Part shown: positions 1 to 7,896 of the stretch, piece by piece
Numbering within the stretch: position 1 is the stretch's first letter
Layout of the letters: each line of letters opens with the position of its first letter
Source of the DNA: Arcobacter sp.
GTDB lineage: Bacteria > Campylobacterota > Campylobacteria > Campylobacterales > Arcobacteraceae
Direction: 5' to 3'
Assembly (NCBI GenBank): GCA_965662175.1
Contig: CBFIGT010000028.1
Location: 11,686 to 22,227 of the forward strand
DNA: 10,542 nucleotides
Program-made: the position numbers and the translations under genes
Notes under the pieces: model-generated
Told to the model about the DNA's origin: nothing
Databases searched by the model: none
The model's input: the letters and a program-made list of their open reading frames with translations, nothing else

Positions 1-227
1 AAAAGATTTAAATTAGCAATAACAATATCAGATTTATCTATTAGTTCACAGTTTTTAGTAAAAATCTCTTTTGCTATCTCCTCTTTTTCTTGATTAAAAT
101 TTATTACATTATCTAAGGGAAATAATCCTTTAAAATTATATTTCTCACAAAGTTTTACATACTCTTTTCCACGCTCTATTGCATCTAATTCAAATACATC
201 AGGTCCAGCTAAATATATTGTTTTCAT
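1..227 (-). CDS. Nucleoside 2-deoxyribosyltransferase family protein (5' part; runs off the window)
   Basis: Translated by hand from ATG at 227: MKTIYLAGPDVFELDAIERGKEYVKLCEKYNFKGLFPLDN...IFTKNCELIDKSDIVIANLNL. IYLAGPDVF, PLDN and IF..N...I...D.VIANL are family hallmarks. AAGGA RBS lies just upstream, and the start is 1 nt after the M23 stop. Confidence 0.85.
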   Translation of the reverse strand, partial: MKTIYLAGPDVFELDAIERGKEYVKLCEKYNFKGLFPLDNVINFNQEKEEIAKEIFTKNCELIDKSDIVIANLNL

Positions 228-228
228 G

Positions 229-1098
229 TTAATCCTTATTTAAACTATTTAATAAACTAAAAAGATTTGTAGGTTCAACTAAAATTCCATGAACTCTAGT
301 TGCAAAGTGTAAATGTGGTCCAGTTACTCTTCCCGAACTTCCACTATATCCAATTATTTCCCCTTTTTTTACAAATTGATTTTTCTTTACAATCATACTA
401 TTTAGATGAAAATAACAAGTATAAACAGCCTGTCCATGGTCAATTATAATAGAATTACCTGCATAAAATCTATTTTTTGCTAATTTTACTATGCCATCAT
501 TTGAAGCAATTATTGCCGTCCCAACAGCTGCTTTAAAATCAATTCCACTATGATAGCTTCTTAGCTTATTGTTATAAACTCTTTTTGTACCAAAATCACT
601 TGTAATCTCTGAGTTCATAGGCATTATAAACTCTTCATTCCATTGTAAGGTTTCATTTTTATATCTATATATTCTCATAGCCTCTTGATACTCAAGTTTA
701 GTTCGTATTTTATCTTTTTCATTTAGTTCTACTTTTGATTTTTGAACATTAATTTTTTCACTTAAATACTCTCCATCTACTATTTCAATTTGTACACCGG
801 TAAACTCTCTTTTTTTCTTTTTTAAGTAAGAGATTATCACTCTTTTTTTACCTATATTTTGATAATAAGAGATGGGAACTAGGGCATAAAAGCTATTTGT
901 TTTGAATTTGTTTTCATAAAATGGAATATTTACATTATTAAGTGTGAGTTTAACATCAGAGATTTTATCCTCTGAAAATATTTCTATTAGAGTTGTTTGA
1001 GCATTTTTGACTTTTTTATTATGAACTTTTATATTAATATTTGAGTGAGAAAATGAAAAAAACAGTAGTGTAAATAGTAGAACTTTTAAAATAGACAT
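229..1098 (-). CDS. M23 family metallopeptidase (peptidoglycan DD-endopeptidase), exported
   Basis: N-terminal signal-like hydrophobic segment; HSGIDF (HxxxD) and TGPHLHF (HxH) zinc motifs; GNSIIIDHG and YFHL LytM-domain signatures. Confidence 0.92.
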   Translation of the reverse strand: MSILKVLLFTLLFFSFSHSNINIKVHNKKVKNAQTTLIEIFSEDKISDVKLTLNNVNIPFYENKFKTNSFYALVPISYYQNIGKKRVIISYLKKKKREFTGVQIEIVDGEYLSEKINVQKSKVELNEKDKIRTKLEYQEAMRIYRYKNETLQWNEEFIMPMNSEITSDFGTKRVYNNKLRSYHSGIDFKAAVGTAIIASNDGIVKLAKNRFYAGNSIIIDHGQAVYTCYFHLNSMIVKKNQFVKKGEIIGYSGSSGRVTGPHLHFATRVHGILVEPTNLFSLLNSLNKD

Positions 1099-1104
1099 AA
1101 TATT

Positions 1105-1299
1105 TTAAAACTCATTTCCATCAATTGAATTATAAGTAAAAGTAGTAACAATACCATCTTCAACTTGATAGCATATTTCAATTGGTCTACAACAAACCTC
1201 ACAATCATCAACAATTTCAGCATATCCAAAAATACCCGTATCTAGTAAAACTGAAACAGCACTTCTACAATAGGGACATGTAAATTTTAACTCTTCCAT
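1105..1299 (-). CDS. Small CPXCG-motif-family cysteine-rich protein (probable zinc ribbon), 64 aa
   Basis: Start re-called to ATG at 1299, which has AAAGGAGAG upstream. Protein MEELKFTCPYCRSAVSVLLD...DDCEVCCRPI matches the CPxC...DCxVCCRP pattern of the family. Confidence 0.82.
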   Translation of the reverse strand: MEELKFTCPYCRSAVSVLLDTGIFGYAEIVDDCEVCCRPIEICYQVEDGIVTTFTYNSIDGNEF

Positions 1300-1314
1300 A
1301 ACTCTCCTTTTGAG

Positions 1315-1320
1315 ATTATA
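1315..1320 (-). promoter_or_regulatory. Putative sigma70 -10 box for the Cys-rich protein/M23/NDT operon
   Basis: TATAAT on the minus strand, just upstream of the AGGAG RBS and ATG at 1299. Confidence 0.55.
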
Positions 1321-1343
1321 TAATATCATATTTATTTCAAACT

Positions 1344-1352
1344 TGCTATAAT
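1344..1352 (+). promoter_or_regulatory. Extended -10 promoter (TGnTATAAT) for yebC
   Basis: TGCTATAAT lies 33 nt before the ATG; GGAGA RBS at 1376-1380. Confidence 0.7.
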
Positions 1353-1385
1353 CGCAGAAAATTATGAAAACTATTGGAGAATTAA

Positions 1386-2102
1386 ATGGGTAGAGCCTTC
1401 GAATATAGAAAAGCGTCAAAAATGAAAAGATGGGGAGCAATGTCAAGAATTTTCCCTAAACTTGCAAAAGCTATTGAAATGGCAGCAAAAGCAGGTGTTC
1501 CTGATCCTGAAATGAATTCAGCACTTAGAACAGCTATTTTAAATGCAAAAGCTGAAAATATGCCAAAAACAAATATAGATGCGGCTATAAAAAGAGCAAC
1601 AGGAAAAGATTCAGCAAACTTTTCTGAAGTTAACTTTGAGGGAAAAGGTCCCCATGGTGTTTTGATTTTTGTTGAAACAGCAACTGATAATAATACAAGA
1701 ACAGTAGCAAATGTAAAAATGTATTTTAACAAAAATGGTGGTTCTATGGCACCAACAGGTTCTTTAGAGTTTTTCTTTGATAGAAAAGCAATATTTGAGT
1801 TTAAAAAAACAGAAGAGATGGACTTAGAAGAGTTAGAGTTAGAGTTAATTGATGCGGGACTTGAAGAGATTGAAGAGGATGAAGAAGAGGGTATTGTATT
1901 AGTTACAGCTGATTATAAAGATTTTGGTACATTAAACAAAGCTTTTGAAGATTTAGGAATTGAGCTTACTAAAGCTAAATTAGAAAGAATTTCAAATAAC
2001 CCTAAAGAGTTTACAGAAGAAGAGCAAGAAGAGATTGGAAAACTGTTAGAAAAGCTTGAAGATGATGATGATGTTCAAGCTGTTTATACAAATATAGCAT
2101 AA
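1386..2102 (+). CDS. yebC: YebC/PmpR (TACO1) family protein
   Basis: [10 protein letters not shown] start, [44 protein letters not shown] and C-terminal [13 protein letters not shown] are family signatures. Confidence 0.96.
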   Translation: MGRAFEYRKASKMKRWGAMSRIFPKLAKAIEMAAKAGVPDPEMNSALRTAILNAKAENMPKTNIDAAIKRATGKDSANFSEVNFEGKGPHGVLIFVETATDNNTRTVANVKMYFNKNGGSMAPTGSLEFFFDRKAIFEFKKTEEMDLEELELELIDAGLEEIEEDEEEGIVLVTADYKDFGTLNKAFEDLGIELTKAKLERISNNPKEFTEEEQEEIGKLLEKLEDDDDVQAVYTNIA

Positions 2103-2138
2103 AATTAAAAAACTGGTTTTATTACCAGTTTTTTAATT
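2103..2138. terminator. Bidirectional intrinsic terminator between converging yebC and M48 genes
   Basis: Perfect 15-bp inverted repeat AATTAAAAAACTGGT-tttatt-ACCAGTTTTTTAATT with A6/T6 tracts on either side; overlaps the M48 stop codon. Confidence 0.8.
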
Positions 2139-2885
2139 ACTAGCTTGTATCTCTTTTATTACTCTAGAGATATTTGCAATTCTTGTACTTGAGTTTGGGT
2201 GAGTTGAAAAAAACTCAACAGACTCTTTTTTCCCACTACTCATATTTTGCCAAAATTTTAAAGCCTCATTTAAATCATAACCCGCTTTATGCATAAGATG
2301 AATTCCTATTTCATCAGCTTCACTCTCTTGCATTCTTCCATAAGGTAATAAAACTCCATATTGTGCTCCCGCACCATAAGCCACATTAAAAGCACTTGTA
2401 TACTCAGGCGCTTGTGTTCCAATAACTATTGTCCCTAGTATTTGAACTCCTTGGGCTAGTAATCCATTTGTCATTCTTTCAGCACCATGACGTGCAAGTG
2501 CATGGGCAATTTCATGGGAAATAACTGTTGCTAATTGGTCATCATTTTTTGCAACAGATAATATTCCTGTATAAACAACTACCTTTCCACCAGGTAAACA
2601 AAAGGCATTTTTTTGCTCATTTTTAATAAGATTAAATTCCCATTTATAATCATCTTTATCAACAATTTTTGCAATCTTTGAACCTATCTCTTTAACTCTA
2701 TTTGCATCTTTTGTATTTCTTATAACTTCAGAATTTTTGAGTGCATCTTTATATGATTTTTCACCTAAAGCTAACTCTTGCTCTTGAGAAATAAAAATCA
2801 TTTGTGACCTATTTGTAATAGGTGCTTTATTTGTACAAGAGATTATGGAAAATGAAATTAAAAATATTAATAAATATTTTTTCAT
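2133..2885 (-). CDS. M48 family zinc metallopeptidase, lipoprotein (LoiP/YggG/Oma1-like)
   Basis: Start re-called to ATG 2885 (AAAAGG RBS). MKKYLLIFLISFSIISC is a lipoprotein signal; NAFCLPGGK, HEIAH (HExxH), QESEADEIG and STHP motifs are present. Confidence 0.92.
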   Translation of the reverse strand: MKKYLLIFLISFSIISCTNKAPITNRSQMIFISQEQELALGEKSYKDALKNSEVIRNTKDANRVKEIGSKIAKIVDKDDYKWEFNLIKNEQKNAFCLPGGKVVVYTGILSVAKNDDQLATVISHEIAHALARHGAERMTNGLLAQGVQILGTIVIGTQAPEYTSAFNVAYGAGAQYGVLLPYGRMQESEADEIGIHLMHKAGYDLNEALKFWQNMSSGKKESVEFFSTHPNSSTRIANISRVIKEIQASN

Positions 2886-2914
2886 AATTAAAACCTTTTT
2901 ATTTTTTATCAAAA

Positions 2915-2923
2915 ATTATAACA
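2915..2923 (-). promoter_or_regulatory. Extended -10 promoter for the M48 peptidase gene
   Basis: TGTTATAAT on the minus strand about 30 nt upstream of ATG 2885. Confidence 0.6.
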
Positions 2924-2941
2924 TTTTTTAAATAACTCTTT

Positions 2942-3388
2942 TCATATTATTTTAATAACATAAATACCTTCAAAATCAACACATACATTATTATCTTCAA
3001 TAATATGAGAACATATTTTAATTGAAGCACTTTTTTTGGAGCTAAGTTTTTCTTGTAGCGTTTGTAGTTCACTACTTGAGGGTACAAAAGTTTCACATAC
3101 AATATCTTTAGTAACAGGTTTTAAAAATTTTGCTTGGCTATTTATAATTACTATATTTGCCTTATCTATTTTAAACTCTTTTGATAATAAAAAAAGAGTT
3201 GACCAAGCTGATATTGTAGTGATTGTACTTAAACTTCCTCCAAAAGCTGTTCCTTTGTCATTTATATTAATATCCAAAGGAGCTTGAGTAATAAGCTTTT
3301 TATTATCAAATGATTTAATAGATAAATTCATTAGTTTTGTCATTGGTATTTCATTATGAAGTTTTTTTTCTAAGTCTATGATATTCAA
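2942..3388 (-). CDS. YiiD C-terminal domain (hot-dog thioesterase-like) protein
   Basis: LH.EIP, APLDININDKGTAFGGSL and W, FLKPV, FEGIYV motifs are typical of the family. TTG start with AAGG upstream. Confidence 0.85.
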   Translation of the reverse strand: MNIIDLEKKLHNEIPMTKLMNLSIKSFDNKKLITQAPLDININDKGTAFGGSLSTITTISAWSTLFLLSKEFKIDKANIVIINSQAKFLKPVTKDIVCETFVPSSSELQTLQEKLSSKKSASIKICSHIIEDNNVCVDFEGIYVIKII

Positions 3389-3462
3389 TAAATTGCCTTA
3401 TTTGTTTTTTTAGATTTTACTATATTTAATTTAGAAGTATAATAAATATAAGATGAAATATA

Positions 3463-3654
3463 TGTACAAAAAGAAGTTCGATGTACAGTTTTTGTACATC
3501 AATGAAAATAAATTTTCTCTAATTTTCTTTAATTGTAAATATTTTATAATTTGAAAAAATATTGATTTACTGATAAAAAGGTAACATATCTAGGATATTT
3601 GTAACTATTATATACACAAATAAAACTTGTACAACTCTTTACAAGAATTGTACA
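3463..3654. promoter_or_regulatory. Cluster of TGTACA palindromes; probable transcription-factor sites upstream of acnB
   Basis: TGTACA at 3463, 3482, 3493, 3628 and 3649, plus TTTACA at 3638; includes the inverted repeat GATGTACA-N5-TGTACATC (3480-3500). Confidence 0.55.
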
Positions 3655-3672
3655 TTAATAAATGATTCAATG

Positions 3673-3681
3673 TGATATAAT
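3673..3681 (+). promoter_or_regulatory. Extended -10 promoter for acnB
   Basis: TGATATAAT; AGGAG RBS at 3699-3703; ATG at 3710. Confidence 0.7.
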
Positions 3682-3709
3682 TGCCTTACAAATTAATTAG
3701 GAGATATTT

Positions 3710-6283
3710 ATGAGTTTAATCGCTGATTATAAAGCACATACAGAAGAAAGACTAAATGAAGGTGGTCTTCCTCCATTAGCATTAACTGCTGACCAAACTG
3801 CACAGTTAGTGGAAGTTTTAAAAGCTAATACTTCAGATGCAGAGTATGCATTAGATTTATTTAAAAATAAAGTTAGCCCAGGTGTTGATGACGCTGCATA
3901 TGTAAAAGCTGCATTTTTAAATGATATAGTTCAAGGAAATGCAAGTTGTTCTGTTATTTCTAAAGTTGAAGCTATTGAGATTTTAGGAACAATGATGGGT
4001 GGATTCAACGTTACTCCACTTGTTGATGCATTAAAAATTGATGAAGTTGCACAAGCAGCAGCTGAACAATTAAAAAATACAATATTAGTTTATGATTCAT
4101 TTAATGATGTTAAAGATTTAGCTGATGCTGGAAATGCACAAGCAAAAGAGATTATCCAATCTTGGGCTGATGCTGAGTGGTTTACTAATAAACCAGCTTT
4201 AGAAGAAGAAATGACTTTAACTGTATATAAAATTCCAGGTGAAACTAATACAGATGATTTATCTCCTGCAACTGTTGCATTTACAAGAGCTGATATTCCT
4301 TTACATGCAACTGCAATGTTACAATCAAGAATGGAAAAACCACTTGAGATGATGGCTTCTTTAAAAGAAAAAGGTCACCCTTTAGCATACGTTGGTGATG
4401 TTGTTGGTACAGGTTCATCTAGAAAATCAGGTATTAACTCAGTTCAATGGCACATGGGTAGAGATATTCCAGGTGTTCCTAATAAAAGAACAGGTGGTGT
4501 TGTAATTGGTTCTATTATTGCTCCAATTTTCTTCAATACAGCAGAAGATTCAGGTTGTTTACCAATCCAAGCTCCAGTTGATGAGTTAGAAACAGGTGAT
4601 GTAATTACTTTAAAACCATATGCAGGACAAATTCTTAAAAATGGTGAAGTAGTTTCTGAGTTTAATTTAGCTCCTAATACATTAACAGACGAAATGAGAG
4701 CAGGTGGAAGAATTCCATTAATTATTGGAAAAGGTTTAACAGCAAAAGCTAGAGCTGTTTTAGGTTTAGGTGCATCTGATGCATTCGTAACTGCTTCTCA
4801 ACCAGCTGCTTCAACTACAGGGTTTACACAAGCTCAAAAAATGGTAGGAAGAGCATGTGGAATTGAGGGTGTTAAACCTGGTATGTATGTAGAGCCAATT
4901 TGTACAACTGTTGGATCTCAAGATACTACAGGACCAATGACTAGAGATGAGATTAAAGAGCTTGCAGCATTATCTTTTGGTGCTGATATGGTTATGCAAT
5001 CATTCTGTCATACAGCTGCTTATCCAAAACCAGCTGATATTAACTTACAACATACTTTACCTGAATTTATTACATCAAGAGGTGGAGTTACATTAAGACC
5101 AGGTGATGGTGTTATTCACTCATGGTTAAATAGATTATGTTTACCAGATACTGTTGGTACTGGTGGAGATTCTCATACAAGATTCCCAATTGGTATCTCG
5201 TTCCCAGCTGGTTCAGGTCTTGTTGCATTCGCAGGTGTTACAGGTATGATGCCTTTAACTATGCCTGAATCTGTACATGTTAAATTTACAGGTGAATTAC
5301 AACCTGGAATTACACTAAGAGATTTAGTAAATGCTATTCCATACCAAGCTATTAAAGATGGATTATTAACAGTTCCTAAGAAAAATAAAAAGAATATCTT
5401 TGCTGGAAATGTAATTGAGATTTCAGGTCTTCCACAACTTAAAGTTGAGCAAGCATTCGAATTATCAGATGCAGCAGCAGAGAGATCAGCAGCAGCTTGT
5501 TCTGTTCAATTAGATAAAGAGCCAATTATTGAGTACTTATCATCTAACATCGCTTTAATTGAAAAAATGATTGAAGAGGGTTATGAAGACGCTAGAACTT
5601 TACAAAGAAGAGCTGATAAAATGAAAGAGTGGATTGCAAATCCTGAATTAATCACTCCTGATGAAGATGCTGAATATTTAGCAACTATTGAAATTAACTT
5701 AAATGAAATCACTGAGCCATTATTAGCTTGTCCTAATGATCCAGATGATGTTGATACATTATCAAATGTATTAGCTGATCCAAATAGACCAACTGAAAAA
5801 ATCGACGAAGTATTCGTAGGTTCTTGTATGACTAATATTGGATTATTTAGAGCTTTAGGTGAAGTTCTTAAAGGTGAGGGTCCTGTTCCTACTAAACTAT
5901 GGATTGCACCTCCAACAAAAATGGATCAACAACAATTAACTGAAGAGGGTTACTACTCAGTATTTGGAGCAGCAGGTGCTAGAATGGAAATTCCTGGTTG
6001 TTCTTTATGTATGGGTAACCAAGCAAATGTTGGTCAAGGTGCAATTGTATTTAGTACATCTACAAGAAACTTTGATAACAGACTTGGAAAAGACTCTAAA
6101 GTTTATTTAGGATCTGCTGAAGTTGCAGCATTAGCGGCACTTTTAGGAAGACTTCCAACTAAAGAAGAATACCTAGATATGGTACCTAAAAAAATCACTC
6201 CTGAAAAAAGAGATGATATTTATAAATACTTAAACTTCCACCAATTAACAGGTGAAGAGTTAACTAACTTAGTTCACTCTTAA
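3710..6283 (+). CDS. acnB: Aconitate hydratase B (bifunctional aconitase/2-methylisocitrate dehydratase)
   Basis: 857 aa with [51 protein letters not shown], and [4Fe-4S] ligands GSCMTN and [16 protein letters not shown]. Confidence 0.98.
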   Translation: MSLIADYKAHTEERLNEGGLPPLALTADQTAQLVEVLKANTSDAEYALDLFKNKVSPGVDDAAYVKAAFLNDIVQGNASCSVISKVEAIEILGTMMGGFNVTPLVDALKIDEVAQAAAEQLKNTILVYDSFNDVKDLADAGNAQAKEIIQSWADAEWFTNKPALEEEMTLTVYKIPGETNTDDLSPATVAFTRADIPLHATAMLQSRMEKPLEMMASLKEKGHPLAYVGDVVGTGSSRKSGINSVQWHMGRDIPGVPNKRTGGVVIGSIIAPIFFNTAEDSGCLPIQAPVDELETGDVITLKPYAGQILKNGEVVSEFNLAPNTLTDEMRAGGRIPLIIGKGLTAKARAVLGLGASDAFVTASQPAASTTGFTQAQKMVGRACGIEGVKPGMYVEPICTTVGSQDTTGPMTRDEIKELAALSFGADMVMQSFCHTAAYPKPADINLQHTLPEFITSRGGVTLRPGDGVIHSWLNRLCLPDTVGTGGDSHTRFPIGISFPAGSGLVAFAGVTGMMPLTMPESVHVKFTGELQPGITLRDLVNAIPYQAIKDGLLTVPKKNKKNIFAGNVIEISGLPQLKVEQAFELSDAAAERSAAACSVQLDKEPIIEYLSSNIALIEKMIEEGYEDARTLQRRADKMKEWIANPELITPDEDAEYLATIEINLNEITEPLLACPNDPDDVDTLSNVLADPNRPTEKIDEVFVGSCMTNIGLFRALGEVLKGEGPVPTKLWIAPPTKMDQQQLTEEGYYSVFGAAGARMEIPGCSLCMGNQANVGQGAIVFSTSTRNFDNRLGKDSKVYLGSAEVAALAALLGRLPTKEEYLDMVPKKITPEKRDDIYKYLNFHQLTGEELTNLVHS

Positions 6284-6289
6284 TAGTTT

Positions 6290-6323
6290 AGCATAAGCCC
6301 AATCTTGGGCTTATTGCTTTTTT
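6290..6323 (+). terminator. Rho-independent terminator of acnB
   Basis: AGCATAAGCCC-aatctt-GGGCTTATTGCT hairpin followed by a T tract, 7 nt after the stop. Confidence 0.85.
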
Positions 6324-6332
6324 CTTCTTTTT

Positions 6333-6351
6333 AAACGAATTTTCATTCATT
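6333..6351. promoter_or_regulatory. Putative TetR operator upstream of tetR (autoregulatory site)
   Basis: AAACGAATTTTCATTCATT is an imperfect palindrome (AACGAAT-N4-ATTCATT) related to the palindrome at 9514-9529. Confidence 0.45.
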
Positions 6352-6401
6352 ATTAATCATTTTTATTTTATTATTAATATATCAAAACTTAAGGGTTTAT
6401 A

Positions 6402-6995
6402 TTGTCACTAAAAGAAGTAAAAAAAAATAACATAATTCAAAATGCATTGAAACTTTTTTCTAAAAAAGGTTTTTATAACACTACTATTCCTGATATTGCT
6501 AAAGCTATGAAAATGAGCGTTGGTAATATGTATAACTATTTTTCTTCAAAAGAGGAGTTAGCAAAGTTTGCTATTAAGTATTCTACAAATATCTTAGCAG
6601 ATGAGTTAAGAAAAGTTAATAATATGGAACTCTCTTCAAAAGAAAAACTATTTTTGTTTACAAAAAATTATTTAAAAAATGTTCAAGAATCACCTGAGAT
6701 TATTGAGTATTTTCTAAGGGTTTATTTATCAAATAGAGAGGTTTTTAAAGAGGGCTGCGAGGGCTTTTTATGTGTTGGAGAGTTTGTAACAGAGGTTATG
6801 ATTTTTCTTGATGATGGAGCACAAAATAAAGAGTTTAGAGAGCAAGAGTTCTTTCCTGCTTTTGGTATGCTTATGGGAAGTTTAGGTGGTTTTGCCTTTA
6901 TGCAAGGTGAGGGTGTATTAGATAAAGATTTACTTGAATATTCAGACTCAATTGCTGAAAATATTTATAGAGCTTTAAAGTATGATGGTGAATAA
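6402..6995 (+). CDS. TetR/AcrR family transcriptional regulator, hydrogenase-associated
   Basis: N-terminal HTH: ALKLFSKKGFYNTTIPDIAKAMKMSVGNMYNYFSSKEEL. TTG start with AAGGG RBS at 6391-6395. The 3' end overlaps the next gene's start. Confidence 0.93.
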   Translation: MSLKEVKKNNIIQNALKLFSKKGFYNTTIPDIAKAMKMSVGNMYNYFSSKEELAKFAIKYSTNILADELRKVNNMELSSKEKLFLFTKNYLKNVQESPEIIEYFLRVYLSNREVFKEGCEGFLCVGEFVTEVMIFLDDGAQNKEFREQEFFPAFGMLMGSLGGFAFMQGEGVLDKDLLEYSDSIAENIYRALKYDGE

Positions 6996-7896
6996 GAAAA
7001 AACCAACAGTTGTTTGGTTTCAAGGTATTACTTGTAATGGTAATACCCACTCTTTTTTATCATCTAGTTCATCAAGATTTGAACAGTTTTTAAACTCATT
7101 TGATTTGATTTATCATCCCTCTTTAACAGTAGATTGTTTATTGGAAGATATTTTAAATAGTGAAGATAGTATTGATTTTTTGTTAGTTGAGGGAGCAATA
7201 ACAAATAATGAGTACTATTTTTCTCTTTCAAATAAAACTCCTAATAATATTTTAAATCAATTAATCCCAAGAGCTAAATTTATTATTGCAGTTGGCTCAT
7301 GTGCTTCTTATGGTGGAATGCATAAGAAATTTGAAGAGAATAGTGATATATCAGGTGTAAGTAGTTTCATAAATAAAAAGAGTATTAAAAAGTTAAACCA
7401 TCCAATAATAAATCTTACAGGTTGTCCTGTTCATCCCGAATGGATACTTCAAACACTTTTTACACTAAAAATAAATAATAAAATTTCTTTAGATAAAGAG
7501 AATAGACCAATAGAGATTTATGGTGGATTAGCTCACCATGGTTGTACTAGAAATGAGTATTTTGAATGGAAAGTTGAAGCTAATAGTTTTGGATTAAAAG
7601 AGGGTTGTTTATTTTACAATGAAGGGTGTCGTGGTCCTATGACTCACTCAAATTGTAATAAAATTTTATGGAATGATGTTAGTTCAAAAACAAGAGCTGG
7701 AATGCCATGTATTGGTTGTACTGAGTTTGATTTCCCAAGAAATAATATGTTAGAAACAAAAAAGAATATTGGTATACCACTTGATACACCACTTGGCATT
7801 CAAAAACGTGCATATTTAAGTTTAACAGGTATTGCAAAAACATTTAAAATACCTAGATTAAATCAAAAATTATATGAAATACCAAAAGATGAATAA
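6982..7896 (+). CDS. hupS: Cytoplasmic group 2 (2d-like) [NiFe]-hydrogenase small subunit (HupS/HuaS type)
   Basis: No Tat signal. Motifs WFQGITCNGN, VEGA, VGSCASYGG, GCPVHP, HHGCTRNEYF, GCLFYNEGCRGPMTHSNC and GMPCIGC. The start could be 6982, 6985 or 6988. Confidence 0.9.
   Translation: MMVNKKKPTVVWFQGITCNGNTHSFLSSSSSRFEQFLNSFDLIYHPSLTVDCLLEDILNSEDSIDFLLVEGAITNNEYYFSLSNKTPNNILNQLIPRAKFIIAVGSCASYGGMHKKFEENSDISGVSSFINKKSIKKLNHPIINLTGCPVHPEWILQTLFTLKINNKISLDKENRPIEIYGGLAHHGCTRNEYFEWKVEANSFGLKEGCLFYNEGCRGPMTHSNCNKILWNDVSSKTRAGMPCIGCTEFDFPRNNMLETKKNIGIPLDTPLGIQKRAYLSLTGIAKTFKIPRLNQKLYEIPKDE

Noticed and set aside
1300..1446. N-terminal extension of the 113-aa ORF call
   Set aside because: It crosses the divergent promoters and overlaps yebC; the RBS supports a start at 1299.
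1382..1732. 116-aa minus-strand ORF
   Set aside because: Antisense shadow of the well-supported yebC, with no recognisable motifs.
1830..1847. GAGTTA x3 tandem repeat in yebC
   Set aside because: It encodes ELELEL, an ordinary acidic segment of this family; not a contingency locus.
2886..2912. Upstream start for the M48 peptidase
   Set aside because: ATG 2885 has an RBS and gives a clean lipoprotein signal; 2912 is too close to the -10 box.
3036..3287. 83-aa plus-strand ORF
   Set aside because: Antisense shadow inside the YiiD-like gene, with no RBS or domain.
3453..3554. 33-codon ORF (MKYMYKKKFDVQFLYINENKFSLIFFNCKYFII) just after a TATAAT at 3438-3443
   Set aside because: No RBS, composition typical of AT-rich intergenic DNA, and it overlaps the TGTACA boxes. 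A leaderless peptide cannot be excluded without Ribo-seq.
3658..3677. Fur-box-like AATGAT stretch before acnB
   Set aside because: Only a half-site resemblance, with no convincing 7-1-7 symmetry.
6351..6379. TATTAAT-N15-ATTAATA as a NikR box
   Set aside because: The spacing differs from the N11 Helicobacter NikR consensus and the region is low-complexity AT.
6419..6427. A9 homopolymer near the tetR 5' end as a phase-variation tract
   Set aside because: The frame is intact, A runs are common in this AT-rich sequence, and phase variation in this phylum mostly involves poly-G/C tracts.
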